Shown piece after piece: positions 31,261 through 47,282 of a stretch of DNA of 64,000 nucleotides. The stretch lies in assembly GCF_009914755.1 (NCBI RefSeq), contig NC_060925.1, one strand, 5' to 3'. Source of the stretch: the human T2T-CHM13v2.0 reference genome, Homo sapiens. The notes under the pieces are model-generated. The model was not told the origin of the DNA, did not search any database, and saw only the letters and a program-made list of their open reading frames with translations. Position 1 is the stretch's first letter; each line of letters opens with the position of its first letter. Both the position numbers and the translations under genes were made by a program.

Positions 31261-31794
31261 TATTAGGTCTGCTTGGTGCAGAGCTGAGTTCAATTCCTGG
31301 GTATCCTTGTTAACTTTCTGTCTCGTTGATCTGTCTAATGTTGACAGTGGGGTGTTAAAGTCTCCCATTATTATTGTGTGGGAGTCTAAGTCTCCTTGTA
31401 GGTCACTCAGGACTTGCTTTATGAATCTGGGTGCTCCTGTATTGGATGCATATATATTTAGGATAGTTAGCTCTTCTTGTTGAATTGATCCCCTTACCAT
31501 TATGTAATGGCCGTCTTTGTATCTTTTGATCTTTGTTGGTTTAAAGTCTGTTTTATCAGAGACTAGGATTGCAACCCCTGCCTTTTTTTGTTTTACATTT
31601 GCTTGGTAGATCTTCCTCCATCCTTTTATTTTGAGCCTATGTGTGTCTCTGCACGTGAGATGGGTTTCCTGAATACAGCACACTGATGGGTCTTGACTCT
31701 TTATCCAATTTGCCAGTCTGTGTCTTTTAATTGGAGCATTTAGTCCATTTACATTTAAAGTTAATATTGTTATGTGTGAATTTGATCCTGTCAT
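31261..31794 (-). pseudogene. L1 ORF2p endonuclease N-terminal fragment
   Basis: MTGSNSHITILTLNVNGLNAPIKRHRLANWIKSQDPSVCCIQETH...GDFNTPLS; broken at the inversion breakpoint. Confidence 0.93.
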
Positions 31795-31857
31795 TATGAT
31801 GCTAGCTGGTTATTTTGCTCGTTAGTTGATGCAGTTTCTTCCTAGCCTCGATGGTCT

Positions 31858-32870
31858 TTACAATTTGGCATGATTTTGCAGTGGCTGGTACTGGTTGTTC
31901 CTTTCCATGTTTAGTGCTTCCTTCAAGAGCTCTTTTAGGGCAGGCCTGGTGGTGACAAAATCTCTCAGCATTTGCTTGTCTGTAAAGGATTTTATTTCTC
32001 CTTCACTTTTGAAGCTTAGTTTGGCTGGATATGAAATTCTGGGTTGAAAATTCTTTTCTTTAAGAATGTTGAATATTGGCCCCCACTCTCTTCTGGCTTG
32101 TAGAGTTTCTGCTGAGAGATCCGCTGTTAGTCTGATGGGCTTCCCTTTGTGGGTAACCCGACCTTTCTCTCTGGCTGCCCTTAACATTTTTTCCTTCATT
32201 TCAACTTTGGTGAATCTGACAATTATGTGTCTTGGAGTTGCTCTTCTCGAGGAGTATCTTTGTGGCGTTCTCTGTATTTCCTGAATCTGAATGTTGGCCT
32301 GCCTTGCTAGATTGGGGAAGTTCTCCTGGATAATATCCTGCAGAGTGTTTTTGGTTCCATTCTCCCCGTCACTTTCAGGTACACCAATCAGACGTAGATT
32401 TGGTCTTTTCACATAGTCCCATATTTCTTGGAGGCTTTGTTCATTTCTTTTTATTCTTTTTTCTCTAAACTTCCCTTCTTGCTTCATTTCATTCATTTCA
32501 TCTTCCACAACTGATACCCTTTCCTCCAGTTGATCGCATCGGCTCCTGAGGCTTCTGCATTCTTCACGTAGTTCTCGAGCCTTGGCTTTCAGCTCCATCA
32601 GCTCCTTTAAGCACTTCTCTGTATTGGTTATTCTAGTTATACATTTGTCTAAATTTTTTTCAAAGTTTTCAACTTCTTTGCCTTTGGTTTGAATTTCCTT
32701 CTGGAGCTCAGAGTAGTTTGTTCATCTGAAGCCTTCTTCTCTCAACTCATCAAAGTCATTCTCCGTCCAGCTTTGTTCCGTTGCTGGTGAGGAACTGTGT
32801 TCCTTTGGAGGAGGAGAGGCGCTCTGCTTTTTAGAGTTTCCAGTTTTTCTGCTCTGTTTTTTTCCCCCAT
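31858..32870 (-). pseudogene. L1 ORF1p, frameshifted just after the ATG
   Basis: MELKAKARELREEC...NHAKL* is ORF1p. Start reads ATGGGGGAAAAAAACAG (+2 nt versus recalled ATGGGGAAAAAACAG). In-frame loss of LE in ENGTK(LE)NTL. Confidence 0.9.
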
Positions 32871-33327
32871 CTTTGTGGTTTTATCTACTTTTGGTCTTTG
32901 ATGATGGTGATGTACAGATGGGTTTTTGGTGTGGATGTCCTTTCTGTTTGTTAGTTTTCCTTCTAACAGAGAGGACCCTCAGCTGCAGGTCTGTTGGAGT
33001 TTGCTAGAGGTCCACTCCAGACCCTGTTTGCCTGGGTATCAGCAGCAGTGTCTGCAGAACCGTGGATTTTCGTGATCCGCGAATGCTGCTGTCTGATCGT
33101 TCCTCTGGAAGTTTTGTCTCAGAGGAGTACCCTGCCGTGTGAGGTGTCAGTCTGCCCCTACTGGGGGGTGCCTCCCAGTTAGGCTGCTCAGGGGTCAGGG
33201 GTCAGGGACCCACTTGAGGAGGCAGTCTGCCCGTTCTCAGATCTCCAGCTGCGTGCTGGGAGACCCACTGCTCTCTTCAAAGCTGTCAGACAGGGACATT
33301 TAAGTCTGCAGAGGTTACTGCTGTCTT

Positions 33328-34377
<1,050 letters not shown>

Positions 34378-34611
34378 ACAATGAGATCACATGGACACAG
34401 GAAGGGGAACATCACACTCTGGGGACTGTTGTGGGGTGGGGGAGGGGGGAGGGATAGCATTAGGAGATATACCTAATGCTAAATGATGAGTTAATGGGTG
34501 CAGCACACCAGCATGGCACATGTATACATATGTAACTAACCTGCACATTGTGCACATGTACCCTAAAACTTAAAGTATAATAATAATAAAATTAAATAAA
34601 TAAATAAATAA

Positions 34612-34977
<366 letters not shown>

Positions 34978-35074
34978 TATAATTTCTTTTATTTAAAAAA
35001 TTCAAATCCTTCGTCATGGCTCATAGAGTCCTGCACAACTTGGGCACATGCTTCTCAGCAGCAGCATCAACTGG

Positions 35075-35128
35075 TGTCACCTGGCATTACCCTGTGTCAC
35101 CCGGCATTACCCTGTGTCACCCAGCATC
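35075..35128. repeat. 20-bp minisatellite, about 2.7 copies
   Basis: Unit c(t/c)ggcattaccctgtgtcac repeated. Confidence 0.85.
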
Positions 35129-36719
35129 AACCCGCCCCACTTCCTTTGTCCTCTGTGCTCTTGCTGCACAAACCTTCTCCAGTTCCTTAGACTCATGGAC
35201 AGACAGAGCCTCTCCCTGTTGTCATAGTAGTTGTTTCCTGTTTGTCTGGCTAATTTCTATTCATCTTTTAGAGGTTTCAGCTTAAAAATCCCTTCCATTG
35301 GAAAAACTTCTGCAGCCCCTGAGGCCACACCGGCACCGACCACACATAGGCACAGCACCATGCTTGTTTTCTGTTCTCCTGGTCACTGTGGCCATCATTT
35401 GATCAATAATTTGCTTGATGCTGGTTTCCTCTACGAGTGTCTAAGCTTCATGATGTTTGGAACAGTATCTTCTTGTTCAATGATGTCTTTCCAGTACCTA
35501 GCACGATGCCTGGCATTTAGCAGGTGTTCAGTATGCATTTGTTAAGTGGATAAAACATATTCTAAATCTAGATCTTTCTGATATAATAGAGCAAATGGGA
35601 ATTTTTGTTGGTGTCATTTGAGTTTTCAGTGACTGTAGCTTTGCTTATTGTTTGCCTGTTGATCAGTTTCCGTTTTTTCATAGAATGCACTATGAGCATT
35701 TGCTCTAGCCAGGTAATGCACTAGGTACTGGAAATCAAAGTTGAATAAGATTTTGACTCTGCCCAGAAGGAGTTTACCAACCGGCAGGATAGTTTATATT
35801 TTCATGGAAGGACACAGACAATGGGAGGATTGGATATTTCCATGGAAATGAGCTCACTTACACTTGTTTTATTCAATGAGATCATTCATGTAGGAGTAGG
35901 TAGGGCATCAGAGAAAGGGTTATAGGCCCTCTTGGCTGAGCCAGTGTGGCTGTGGCCAGGTTCACTGGAGTCAGAGTACAGCCCGGGTTCAGGAGGGCTG
36001 AGCTGACTCACCAGGAAAAAGCACAATCAGGAGTCAGGCCAGGTCAGGTGAGCAGGCTGGGCTCACCTGCAGGGCAAGCAGGCATGGAGCACGTGGCTGT
36101 GCAGACTCAGTTTGTTAAATACTGGGCTGCCCCCAGTGGTATCTCCCTAGACACCACAAAACCCACTTGCATTAGAAGCCCTCTGTGTGTGGGTTTATGA
36201 ATTGCCAGCAAGGGCTGAGCCAAGGTCTTCAGGCAAAAGGTTGAGCAAATGGCCCTGTATTCAGGGAGAGCAGAGTTTGAACCTGGTACCACTTGGAGCT
36301 ATGGGATCGTGAGACAGAGTTATGTCAGCTTTCTGAGGCCCAGTTTCCTCTTTAGTAAAGTGAGACAGGAATATCTGTGGCTCACTGGGGAGATGAAATA
36401 ATGTACAGTGAGTGCCTCTGTATAGTTGATATTCATTAGCTGTTTCTTTTCTTGTAGGTGTGGGTTCTGCTTTGCAAGAACTTTTATTCCCTTTCTTCAC
36501 TGCTCTGTCCTGTCACCCATTCCCCTCCCCTATCACATACTTTCTCCAGTCTTGAAGAAACCTCCAGTTGTGGCGTGATGAGTAGGCTCTTCCTGTGCTA
36601 TGGAGGGGTACCTGGAACCTAGAAGGCACTCAACACATATTTGTGATAAATGGTCAGATGGATGGAGAAATGAACAAATCCTCCATTTAAAGGCTTCTAC
36701 TGCCACTATAGTAACCATG

Positions 36720-36888
36720 TGTAGTGGCGCAATCTCAGCTCACTTGCAGCCTCGACCTCCCAGGCTCAAGTGATCCTCCTGCCTCAGCCTCCTGAGTAGC
36801 TGGGACTACAGGTGCACACCACTACACCTGGCTAATTTTTTCTATTTTTTGTAGAGATGGGGTCTCCCTATGTTGCCCGGGCTGGTTT
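36720..36888 (-). mobile_element. AluJ internal fragment lacking both ends
   Basis: Starts mid right arm and stops mid left arm. Confidence 0.85.
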
Positions 36889-36917
36889 GAGAAAGCCTTT
36901 GAATTTCTAACTTGACT

Positions 36918-37280
36918 CTGCCATAGACAGCAGACAACCTGTGACCACTAACCCCTTCAAGGATTACTCTGTGGCGAAGTCATGTTGCCCACGTTCATAC
37001 CCCTTCCTGGGATAACCTGCAGTCAATGAATGATCAATGCCAGAGTACAAATGTCTGGTCATCTTCACCCAACTCCAGGAACTCTAGAAGGTCACTCTAG
37101 CTCCTGGACTTCTCCTGGGTTCAGCCTAGGCTGTCTGCTTTTGGCTTGAGTCCTCCCTCTGCATCTTCGGCTCCCTTCCTCTCCTTCTTCAAGTGTTGAT
37201 CTGTACATCATTCCCTAATAAATATTTTGCACCTTAAAATGTGCCTCAGAGTCCACTTTCTGGGGGATGAACTGGTAACA
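36918..37280 (+). mobile_element. LTR16-like ERVL LTR
   Basis: cagtcaatgaatgatcaatg...cccaactccagga...tccctaataaatattttgcac...ctcagagtccactttctggggga resembles recalled LTR16. Confidence 0.65.
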
Positions 37281-37346
37281 TATTGGCTCACCTAACTAAA
37301 AGGGCCAAAGGCTATCAGGCACAGTTGGGTATAAAGCTAAGCTAGA

Positions 37347-37624
<278 letters not shown>

Positions 37625-37701
37625 TTACCATCTAGTAGAGAAGAGATATCTTACACAAATAAAGGCAGATTCATTATAGTAATTATGATTATATAGGGGA
37701 C

Positions 37702-38056
37702 TGATATGGTTTGGCTGTGTCCCCATCCAAATCTCAACTTGAATTGTATCTCCCAGAATTCCCACGTGTTGTGGGAGGGACCCAGGGGGAGGTAATTGAA
37801 TCATGGAGGCTAGTTTTTCCCATGCTATTCTTGTGATAGTTAATAAGTCTCATGAGATCTGATGGGTTTATCAGGGGTTTCCACTTTTGCTTCTTCCTCA
37901 TTTTCTCTTGCTGCCACTATATAAGAAGTGTCTTTCACCTCCCACCATGATTCTGAGGCCTCCCCAGCCATGTGGAACTGTAAGTCCAATTAAATCTTTT
38001 CTTTCTTCTCAGTCTTGGGTACGTCTTTATTAGCAGCGTGAAAACAGACTAATATA
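37702..38056 (+). mobile_element. THE1A-like MaLR solo LTR
   Basis: tgatatggtttggctgtgtcccc...gggtttatcaggggtttccacttttgcttcttcctc...agactaatata; 5-bp TSD ggga(c/t). Confidence 0.9.
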
Positions 38057-38081
38057 GGGATGCTAAGAAAAAGAAAGAATG

Positions 38082-38394
<313 letters not shown>

Positions 38395-40325
38395 TTATAG
38401 TTCAGGACTTGGCCACAGAGTCTAACGAGGCCTCCCTGAGCAGGGGACCTGTAAGCTGGCTTTATAGAATGAGTAAAAAGGAGCCTGTCTAGTCAGAGGG
38501 GACCACATATGGTAGGAAGGAGTTTGATGCGTTGGAGCAACTGAAAGGCCAGGGTGGCTGGAGCCTAATGTAACACAATTTTGATGTAGGAAAGAGCTTT
38601 GATTTGTGGGCTCCTTCCTTTCTTTGCCTGAATCTATCACCCTAGATGCTGCTGCCTATTGGATGCTCAGAGCACCTGCTCTCCCGAGTGCGTGTGTGCA
38701 TTCTCTCTCTCTCTCTCTCTCTCTCTGGCGTTTTCTCTGCTCAGACCTGCTGCTTTCATCACATCCACACTGGCCTCTTTCCTCCTTCAAAACTAGTCTA
38801 TTCTGTGCCCCTCTGGGTCCCCTTGGATTTCTTTAATGAATCCCAAAAATGAATGGCAATGCATGCACCTTCTGGGATCATCTGGCTCCTAAAGACCTTT
38901 GACACAACTACTTGGCTGCAGGTGTGTGGAAGGATTAAGCAGAGAGGAAACAGCAGAGGCTGAGGCCCAGTCAAGTAGAGAAAGGAGAGCCTTTGCTGAA
39001 ATGCCACGCCAAAGGGGGTGAGGTGCAGGAGCCAGGTCCTGGCATGAGGGAGATGGACCAGCACCAGGGAACAGGTCAAACGAGAGGCCCAATTATTGGC
39101 ATGCCGGAAGCAGAGGCAGCTGGAAGGCAGAGGCAGCCAGAAGATGGCTGATCTGTTGCCAGAGTGCTTTACAGTCCTGCCCTGTCTCCACTCGGGAGCT
39201 GTAGCCCAAGGCGCAGGGTCTGCACGTGTGAGGAATGCAGAGAATGGCAGGCATCGGGGAGGGCCCAGCGTGAGGAGGGAGGGGAGGGTGGCACGCACAC
39301 AAGAGGAGGAGAGATTTCTGGAGCCAGGAACCACACCTGTCTACATCTTTCAAAGCCTTATCACCTTTGTAATTTAAGCAGTTTCATTTCCACTGAGATT
39401 AAAAGTGTGAGCAATTAGGTAAATTGTGCCTAATTTACTACTCCCTAAGGAAGTGTGACAGAATAACCCTGAACGTCATCCCACCCATCAAATATCCTGG
39501 CCATAATTGCCTTCTGTATGTCTTTCTTAAGAGTTTTGGAATGTCTGTAAGAGTGTGCATGTGTGTGCATGTGTGTGTGTGTGTAGAGCGATAGAGAGAG
39601 GGAGTTTATTTATATATACATATATTTTTACTGCAAATATATTTTTGTGTTTTACCTTGCAAGCATAGTTCAATGATCTTTGCTCCCCGTGCTATTTTAG
39701 GCAGGAAAATACCTCCTTCCTACGTGTAGCAGGCGCAAGGGGCGGGACATTTGTTTACTTTGTGCTGGTCCATCCTTCTGCCAGGAGCTCTCTCTGCCTT
39801 TCCAGGCTCTCTCACCCCCAGGAACTTGGCAACTCCTATCTATCCTTCAACTTTCAGCCTAAATACCACGTTCTCCAGGAAGCCTTCTGACTTCCTGAGT
39901 TCTTCCTTGGGTGCCCACGTTGGCCTCGTGTCTGTAGTTGCCATTCTGTCAAGCACAGCATTTACTGCACTGCTGTAATCACTATTTGCTGTCTCTCTCT
40001 TCTGCCACACCTGTGTTTTTGAGATTGACTTGTAACCCATTGATGAGCTGTGAAATCAAATGTCATGACCAGCATTTCTGGTTTTGTATTATTTATTTTG
40101 GGATATTTTTGTATGTTGTATTTGAATACTAATAAAATCATGTTTGCTATTTAACTTTATGTTTTTACTTAGTCATATATGAGTGAGTGTTGTCTCATGA
40201 AACTTTTGTTTCCGTTGTGTGTATGTGTGTGTGTGTGTGTCTGTGTGTGTGTGCAGTAGTGAAGACACAGGCCCAGATATTTTGAAGGATATGGTGTGAG
40301 GCAGTGTTTTTCTTCAAATTTTTGA

Positions 40326-40663
<338 letters not shown>

Positions 40664-41479
40664 TAGCATATATATAGGCTCATACACATAGTTTCTAAAG
40701 CATTTTCATATGTGCTATTTTATTTTGATATGTACAACTCATGTGAAGTAGATATTATTAACTAATTTTAGATATAACGGAGAGTGAGCAATTAAGTGAC
40801 CTATCAAAGGTCATATAACTCATAAACATTGACACTTAGGGCCTGAATCCAGGGATTTTGATTAGTACTCATTCTCACACACATAGCATTATACACCTGC
40901 ACCCAGAGAGTCAAAGTGGGATGAGCTCTAATATCTAATCAACATATGTAGAAATCGTGATTTATTATATGCAATATTGTTCAAAACTCTAACTGTGCAA
41001 CTATGGGATAAAGAGCTATGTAATAGTACCAGAACTTTCAGTGGGAAAGCCACTGAGGGAGTTTAGCAAATAGTATACTTATTATAAGCCAGCTTTTGTG
41101 TCTATCAAGAAAAAGCTCATTATTTTGATTTTGGACTCCCTTAATAGAAGTAGAATATCTGGAAGGAGGAAAGTGATTATTTTATACTCTTCTGAGAGCA
41201 CTGTATTTTATTCTGGACAGCACATGTGCAGACTAATGGGGAAGAATAGGCTGTGTTTAGAGAAAAAATTACCCCGAGAGGCAGGAGGGCTCAGGCCCTG
41301 CCATATCGAAATAGACGGAGGAGTGGGGTTGGAGCGAGTACACTGCAGGTGGGGTAGAATGGAGGTCATCCCATACTTGAAGAGCTGTGCTGTGGAAAAC
41401 GGCATCAGCTTTGTTTCACATGGCCCCAGTGGAAACAGCAAGGAGAGCAGCTGCTACATGGGAAAACTGTGGTAAACCT

Positions 41480-42400
41480 CTGTGGTGTTTGCTGCTTCCC
41501 TTTCTTCCATCACAGAGCCCATGTGTTGCTCAGGCAGCAGCCCTCCCTTACTCTTGACCCCTGTGGTCTGTCTTGGGGATCTGAAGACTCTGGCCTAAAC
41601 TAATCAGCACATTTCATCCTCTCTGGACACAGCGCTTAGTCCAAGAATCAACCGGCCACTCAAATTAGCTTAATGGAAAGTACATTTTGAACTTTATAAA
41701 ATTGCTGGTAAAAAGCTTTCTCCTCCAACTGGATTTGGGACTGCATGGATACTCAGCGTTGCTGGAGATGGCCTGCCTAAGAGTAAAGTCCACACAAAGG
41801 AGAGCTGAGCCCAGAGCAGGTGACACTGTGCCCTGACTCTCATCCCGAGCCCCTGGAACCAGCCTGAAAGCCCCTAGATCTTTCAGCTGGGAAGCCCAAT
41901 ATGTTGCAGGTTCATGCCCCGGAAAGGGTGCAGGATATTGATTAGGGAATGCCTTAGGTATCAAGACTTGAGGAAGAACAGAAGATGCAGAGGGAGGACG
42001 AAGGCAACTGCAGACCTGAAGACAGCCTCAGCCACACCCAGAGAAGCCCTGGAGCTAGAGCGGTCTTCCAGAGTTATCAGAGTTGGGGGAGATGACCAGG
42101 CATTTATACTCCTGTGTTGATCATTCATTGGCTGTGGATTGGCCCTGGAAGGGTGGCTACAATGAAGCAATCCCTGAAGGAGTGGACAGTTAAAGGTCGT
42201 CTGCTGGGAGCTCTCTGGCAGCTGATGATAAAAAGCCCTTTACTGGAGGGAGATCTGTGTGGCACATCAAGGGTGCGCTGCAGAATACCTTCTTACTTAT
42301 TTGTTAATTTATCTTTCGCCAAACACAGTTTCAGTGGGTTTTTGCCACTGACAACTGAAGGAATAGTGACACGCGTGATAAGGAACCATTTTCTAAAATT
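41480..42400. mobile_element. Old MaLR LTR (MLT1J/K-like) containing or adjoining an antisense LTR16-like element (~41900-42285)
   Basis: ctggcctaaactaatcagcacatttcatcc (MLT1-like); gcatttatactcctgtgttgatcattcattggctg is the reverse complement of the LTR16 core seen at ~37020. Confidence 0.5.
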
Positions 42401-43643
42401 CAGAGCTGTAACCCCATATATGTAAGGGATTGCCTTGGGAGGTAGTGAGCTCCCCATCATCAGAGGTATCCAAGCAGAGCCTGGCAGACCACTTTGGAAG
42501 GGAAATTTTCATGCATTGGAGGGAAACTCGAGCTGGATGACCTTGCAGTCTAAGATCCCATGACTCCAGGTCCAGGAACTCTGGTCACTTCTAGTGGACT
42601 GACACATGGACATCACATGGACAGCCGGAGCATCCCAGATCAAGCCCTATTCCTCCCAGCCAACTTCCCTTGACACTAAACTGAGGACAGAGGAGAGGAA
42701 TGAGTAAGGAGTTTGCTAAGGAAAAAAAGGGTAGATACTTTTTTTTTCTTTATAAGGCATGTGAAAGGAATATTTCAACTGACTCTACCACAGGCAGGGA
42801 GTTCTCCCCTGCCACACCCACAAGAGGCAAGTTAGGCTCAGTTAATGGTATCTTGGAACCTCCTCAGTAGAATTTTCCTCCGTTTCTGCCCACGTCTGAG
42901 TGTCTTCATATGTCTCCTCTCGAGTCTGGCTTCTCGTGTCACTGTGTCTCTTTGTGAGTCAGCCTTCATCGCTGCTTGTTAGGCTTTTTGTGCTTTGATG
43001 CCAAGAGCCTCAGTCTCACACGCCCCTCTGGCCGTCCCTGCCTGGGACACCGAGTTGAATTTCCCCACCCTGCGTCTGGGTCCTCACTCCCGCGCTCCGG
43101 GCGTCCAGCTCACGCCTGTCTGGTGGATCTTCTAGTCTCTGCGTTGGCTCTCTCTGACCGTGGGTGGTTTCTCCAGCCACATGATCTCAGCCTCAGCCCA
43201 GTGCCTGCCACCTTGGAGCAGGGAGAAGAGTAGGCAGTTTGCACGTAGTGTGAGGAAAGGGCCCTGGATTCGGTGTCTGGAAAACCTAAGTTTGAGCCCC
43301 AGCAGGCTCTGCCACTCACATGGATCAGTCACTTGAAATCTCGGAACTTCAATTTCTTTATCTATAAAGTGGGGAGAATACCCATCCCGCCTCCCAAAGT
43401 TGTGGTGGAAAGAACCATAGGCTAGGTTACTGTTGGTTGCGATGTGACTCCGAGCCAGGCGTTCTGTTTAGCACTTGTCTGTCCTTCCTGATTCTCCCAA
43501 CACAACCCTTTCAAGATGGTATTTGCAGCCTAATTTTACAAATGAGGAAATGGAGGCTCAGGGAGGTTAAAAAATTTACTTAAGGTCACACAGCACAGCT
43601 AAAATTTGAACCCGGCTCTGCCAACTATGAAACTCCTGCCATT

Positions 43644-43964
<321 letters not shown>

Positions 43965-44049
43965 TCACTGTAAGAGGAGGAACACAGGAAGAACATGCTT
44001 TATAATGGTGAGAAATCTTTTCTGCACATCAGTATTTATGACTTTTTCT

Positions 44050-44320
<271 letters not shown>

Positions 44321-44591
44321 TTGTCACTATTTTTGAATCATCCATGAGTCTCTCTGGGTATCAGAGGCATAAGAACTGTCAGATAGGGATGGTGCTGGCA
44401 CATTTGTGGGTCAATTGCAGAGAACCCTGTCGAGTTAACAGTCCTTCCCATCTCTAGTTTCTTCAGCCTCAGGAAATACACAGCTAGCAAATGTGAAGAA
44501 AATAAGGCTTCCTGTTACTTAAGATGGACTGGAACGCTAGAACCAGGAACTTGATTCTGAGATCAACTTTGAAGTAACAAAACTTGGCTGG

Positions 44592-44604
44592 GGTCAAAAT
44601 GACC
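44592..44604. promoter_or_regulatory. Perfect 13-bp estrogen response element
   Basis: GGTCA-aaa-TGACC; motif only. Confidence 0.45.
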
Positions 44605-44609
44605 AGCAT

Positions 44610-45313
44610 TATTGCACCATACAAATAAGCCTGCAGTATCTGCAGCCCTCATCCTGCGGTATGGCCTCTGCAGGCATCCAGGCTGAGGTCCACTTGCAGG
44701 GGCAGGAGCTGTGGAACCGCTGCATACTGGCACAGCCCCCCACCTATGAACAGAAGCAGATGCTGGGAGAATGTTTGCTCCCGCTCATCCAAACAATGCA
44801 TTCAAACCTGGCTGGAAAGATGATAAGAATGCTGCCAGAGACTAACAACTCTGAGCTGCTGCTGATGCTGGAGCCCCCCAAGTTTCTCAGGTCCAAACTG
44901 GATGAGCCACGGCGTTCTACAGGCTCATTGTGGCAGGAGAGAAGCTGCCCAGGAGGTGGGTGCAGTTGCTGCTGATATCTCTTAGTCAAGAAAAACTGAC
45001 TGCAAAGCCAAATAACCCCTTGAGGAATTCACCTCAAGACTTGAAGACTTCATAGCTTATCCTATGAACCTCAGTGTCAAGAACCACAGATGGCAACTAT
45101 GATAGGCCATTTTGTTTCAAAAGGTCAATTATGAAGCTGTAGACTTTTTCAATTATATGAATATGTTTTCTGGGTTCTGCTACGGCCCAGACAGTGTTAA
45201 CTTCTTTTTCTATTGTGGATTTTGATGTTTTCCTCCCAAGATATTAGTTTTATTATATGTCCCCAAGCCTTAAGTTTCTCCATAAAGGAAAAAAAATCTC
45301 CAGGGAAAAAAAA
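44610..45313 (+). pseudogene. Processed, 5'-truncated PABPC4 pseudogene (linker end, MLLE domain, 3'UTR, A tail)
   Basis: [44 protein letters not shown] matches the PABPC4 MLLE domain (TMHSNLAGK is PABPC4 rather than PABPC1). Parental stop at 44983-44985, 3'UTR homology, no introns, stop at 44626 and two frameshifts. Confidence 0.9.
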
Positions 45314-45938
45314 TCAGCCTCTTAGCAGGTACTGGTGGTCATAAAACACCCAGACAACACCAGACGGTGGCGCCAGAGAGGCAGGCAGGTGGCAGGAGGG
45401 CTGCACGGAGTTGGAGGCTCCTGAGTCTTCTGTTTCATTTGCTGGCAGCTTCTGTGTGCCTCAGGTGCCAGCGGCCTGGCTACTCTTGTTTCTCACAGTG
45501 TGCTGAAGTATCATGGGGTTTGTCCCTAGCAGGTCACCCAGAGTCCAACAGGAAGTGAGAGCAGCTCCTTCCTGCTGCAGTAAGAGATGAACATTCCCTT
45601 TGGAGAGACACACTAGGTCACTACAAATGGGCCACTGAAGAACCTGGCACTGGCCGCTATCACTGGCCCCAGCTGCAGTGCTGCTTGCTGTTCACAGGTT
45701 TGTCTCTTTCTGTATTATTTATAGCAAACATGGAGGGTTCACACTGGCCTAGGCAGCATCCAAGTGCTTTTACATGTGACAACGCAGAACTTTCTAACAT
45801 GGCATACCAGGACTGCAGGTGACATATGTGCCTCAATTTTTCATCACCTTACCACTGGCTATGAGTAGATTCATCCATTTATGCCACTATCATTTGTTTT
45901 GTGAATTATGTTAATACCTAATGCAAATACTATTTTCT

Positions 45939-46232
45939 GGTCAAGTGCGGTGCCTCACACCTGTAATCCCAGCATTTTGGGAAGCTGAGGTGGGCAGATT
46001 GCCTGAGGCTAGGAGTCTGAGACCAGCCTGGCCACATAGTGAAACTCTGTCTCTACTAAAAATACAAAAAGGTGGGACACGCCTGTAATCCCGGCTGCTC
46101 GGGAGGCTGAGGCTCGAAAATCGCTTGAACCTGAGAGGCGGAGGTTGCAGTGAGCTGAGATGGTGCCACTGCCCTTCAGCCTGGGTGACAGAGCAAGACT
46201 CTGTCTCAAAAAACAAACAAACAAACAAAAAA
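45939..46232 (+). mobile_element. AluS inside a hAT-Charlie-like MITE (~45785-46282)
   Basis: Alu with shortened linker; host ends aaaagttgggaaacactg. Confidence 0.9.
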
Positions 46233-46534
46233 TACCATGTATTTTCTCTGGATGCCATGGCATGAAAAGTTGGGAAACACTGCCGTGAATGAATCTTCGC
46301 ACAACTTATGGGGTAGTTCTTCCTAATACCTCCTTTTTACATATGAGAAAATAGAGGCTCCGAGGGGTTGCTTGACTGGACCAAGGTCACAGAGCTAATA
46401 AGCAGTCGAGCCAGGACTGGAACCCAGATGGCCTATGTCTAGAGTTTCCATGCTCGTGTCCCTAGACCAAAAGCTCTCAACCCTAGCTATATATTAGAAT
46501 CTGAGGAACTCAAACAAACAAACAAACAAACCCA

Positions 46535-46860
46535 AAGCCAAGAAATTGTCACAGCCAAGAGAAGCCTAAGGAGACCTGACGACTAAATGTAATGTGGACC
46601 CTGAATGGGACCCTGGAAAAGAAGAAAGACATTAAAAGAAAAACAAAGAATTCTAAATAAAACATAGACTTCAGTTAATAAAAATATATCAATATTGATC
46701 CATTAAATGTAACAAATGTACCACACTGATGTAAGATGTTAACAATAAGAGAAATGGCAGGGTGGAGTATACAGGAATTATATACTCTGTACTATCTTTG
46801 TAATAATTCTGTAAATCTCAAGGTCATCTAAGTAAAAAGTTTATTCTTAAAAAAAAAAAC
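46535..46860 (+). mobile_element. L1MC-like 3' end inside a MER5-like element (~46467-47306)
   Basis: gcctaaggagacctgacgactaaatgtaatgtgg...aacaaatgtaccacactgatgtaagatgttaacaataag...A tail. Confidence 0.8.
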
Positions 46861-46977
46861 AAGCAGAAAAATATCTGAGGGTCCTATCTCATAACAATTA
46901 AATCAGAATCACTGGAGTGAGATTCAGGTATCAGCATTTTTTAAAAAGCTCCCCAGGAGATTAAAATGTTCATCCGG

Positions 46978-47282
<305 letters not shown>

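Noticed and set aside
35075-35128. CRISPR-like or functional repeat array
   Set aside because: Simple tandem duplication without unique spacers, in eukaryotic DNA.
43015-43150. CpG island or promoter
   Set aside because: Only a short run of about 10 CpGs, too small, with no exon evidence.
44596-45320. TSD for the PABPC4 retrocopy (aaaatgaccagc versus aaaatcagc)
   Set aside because: Too degenerate to call.
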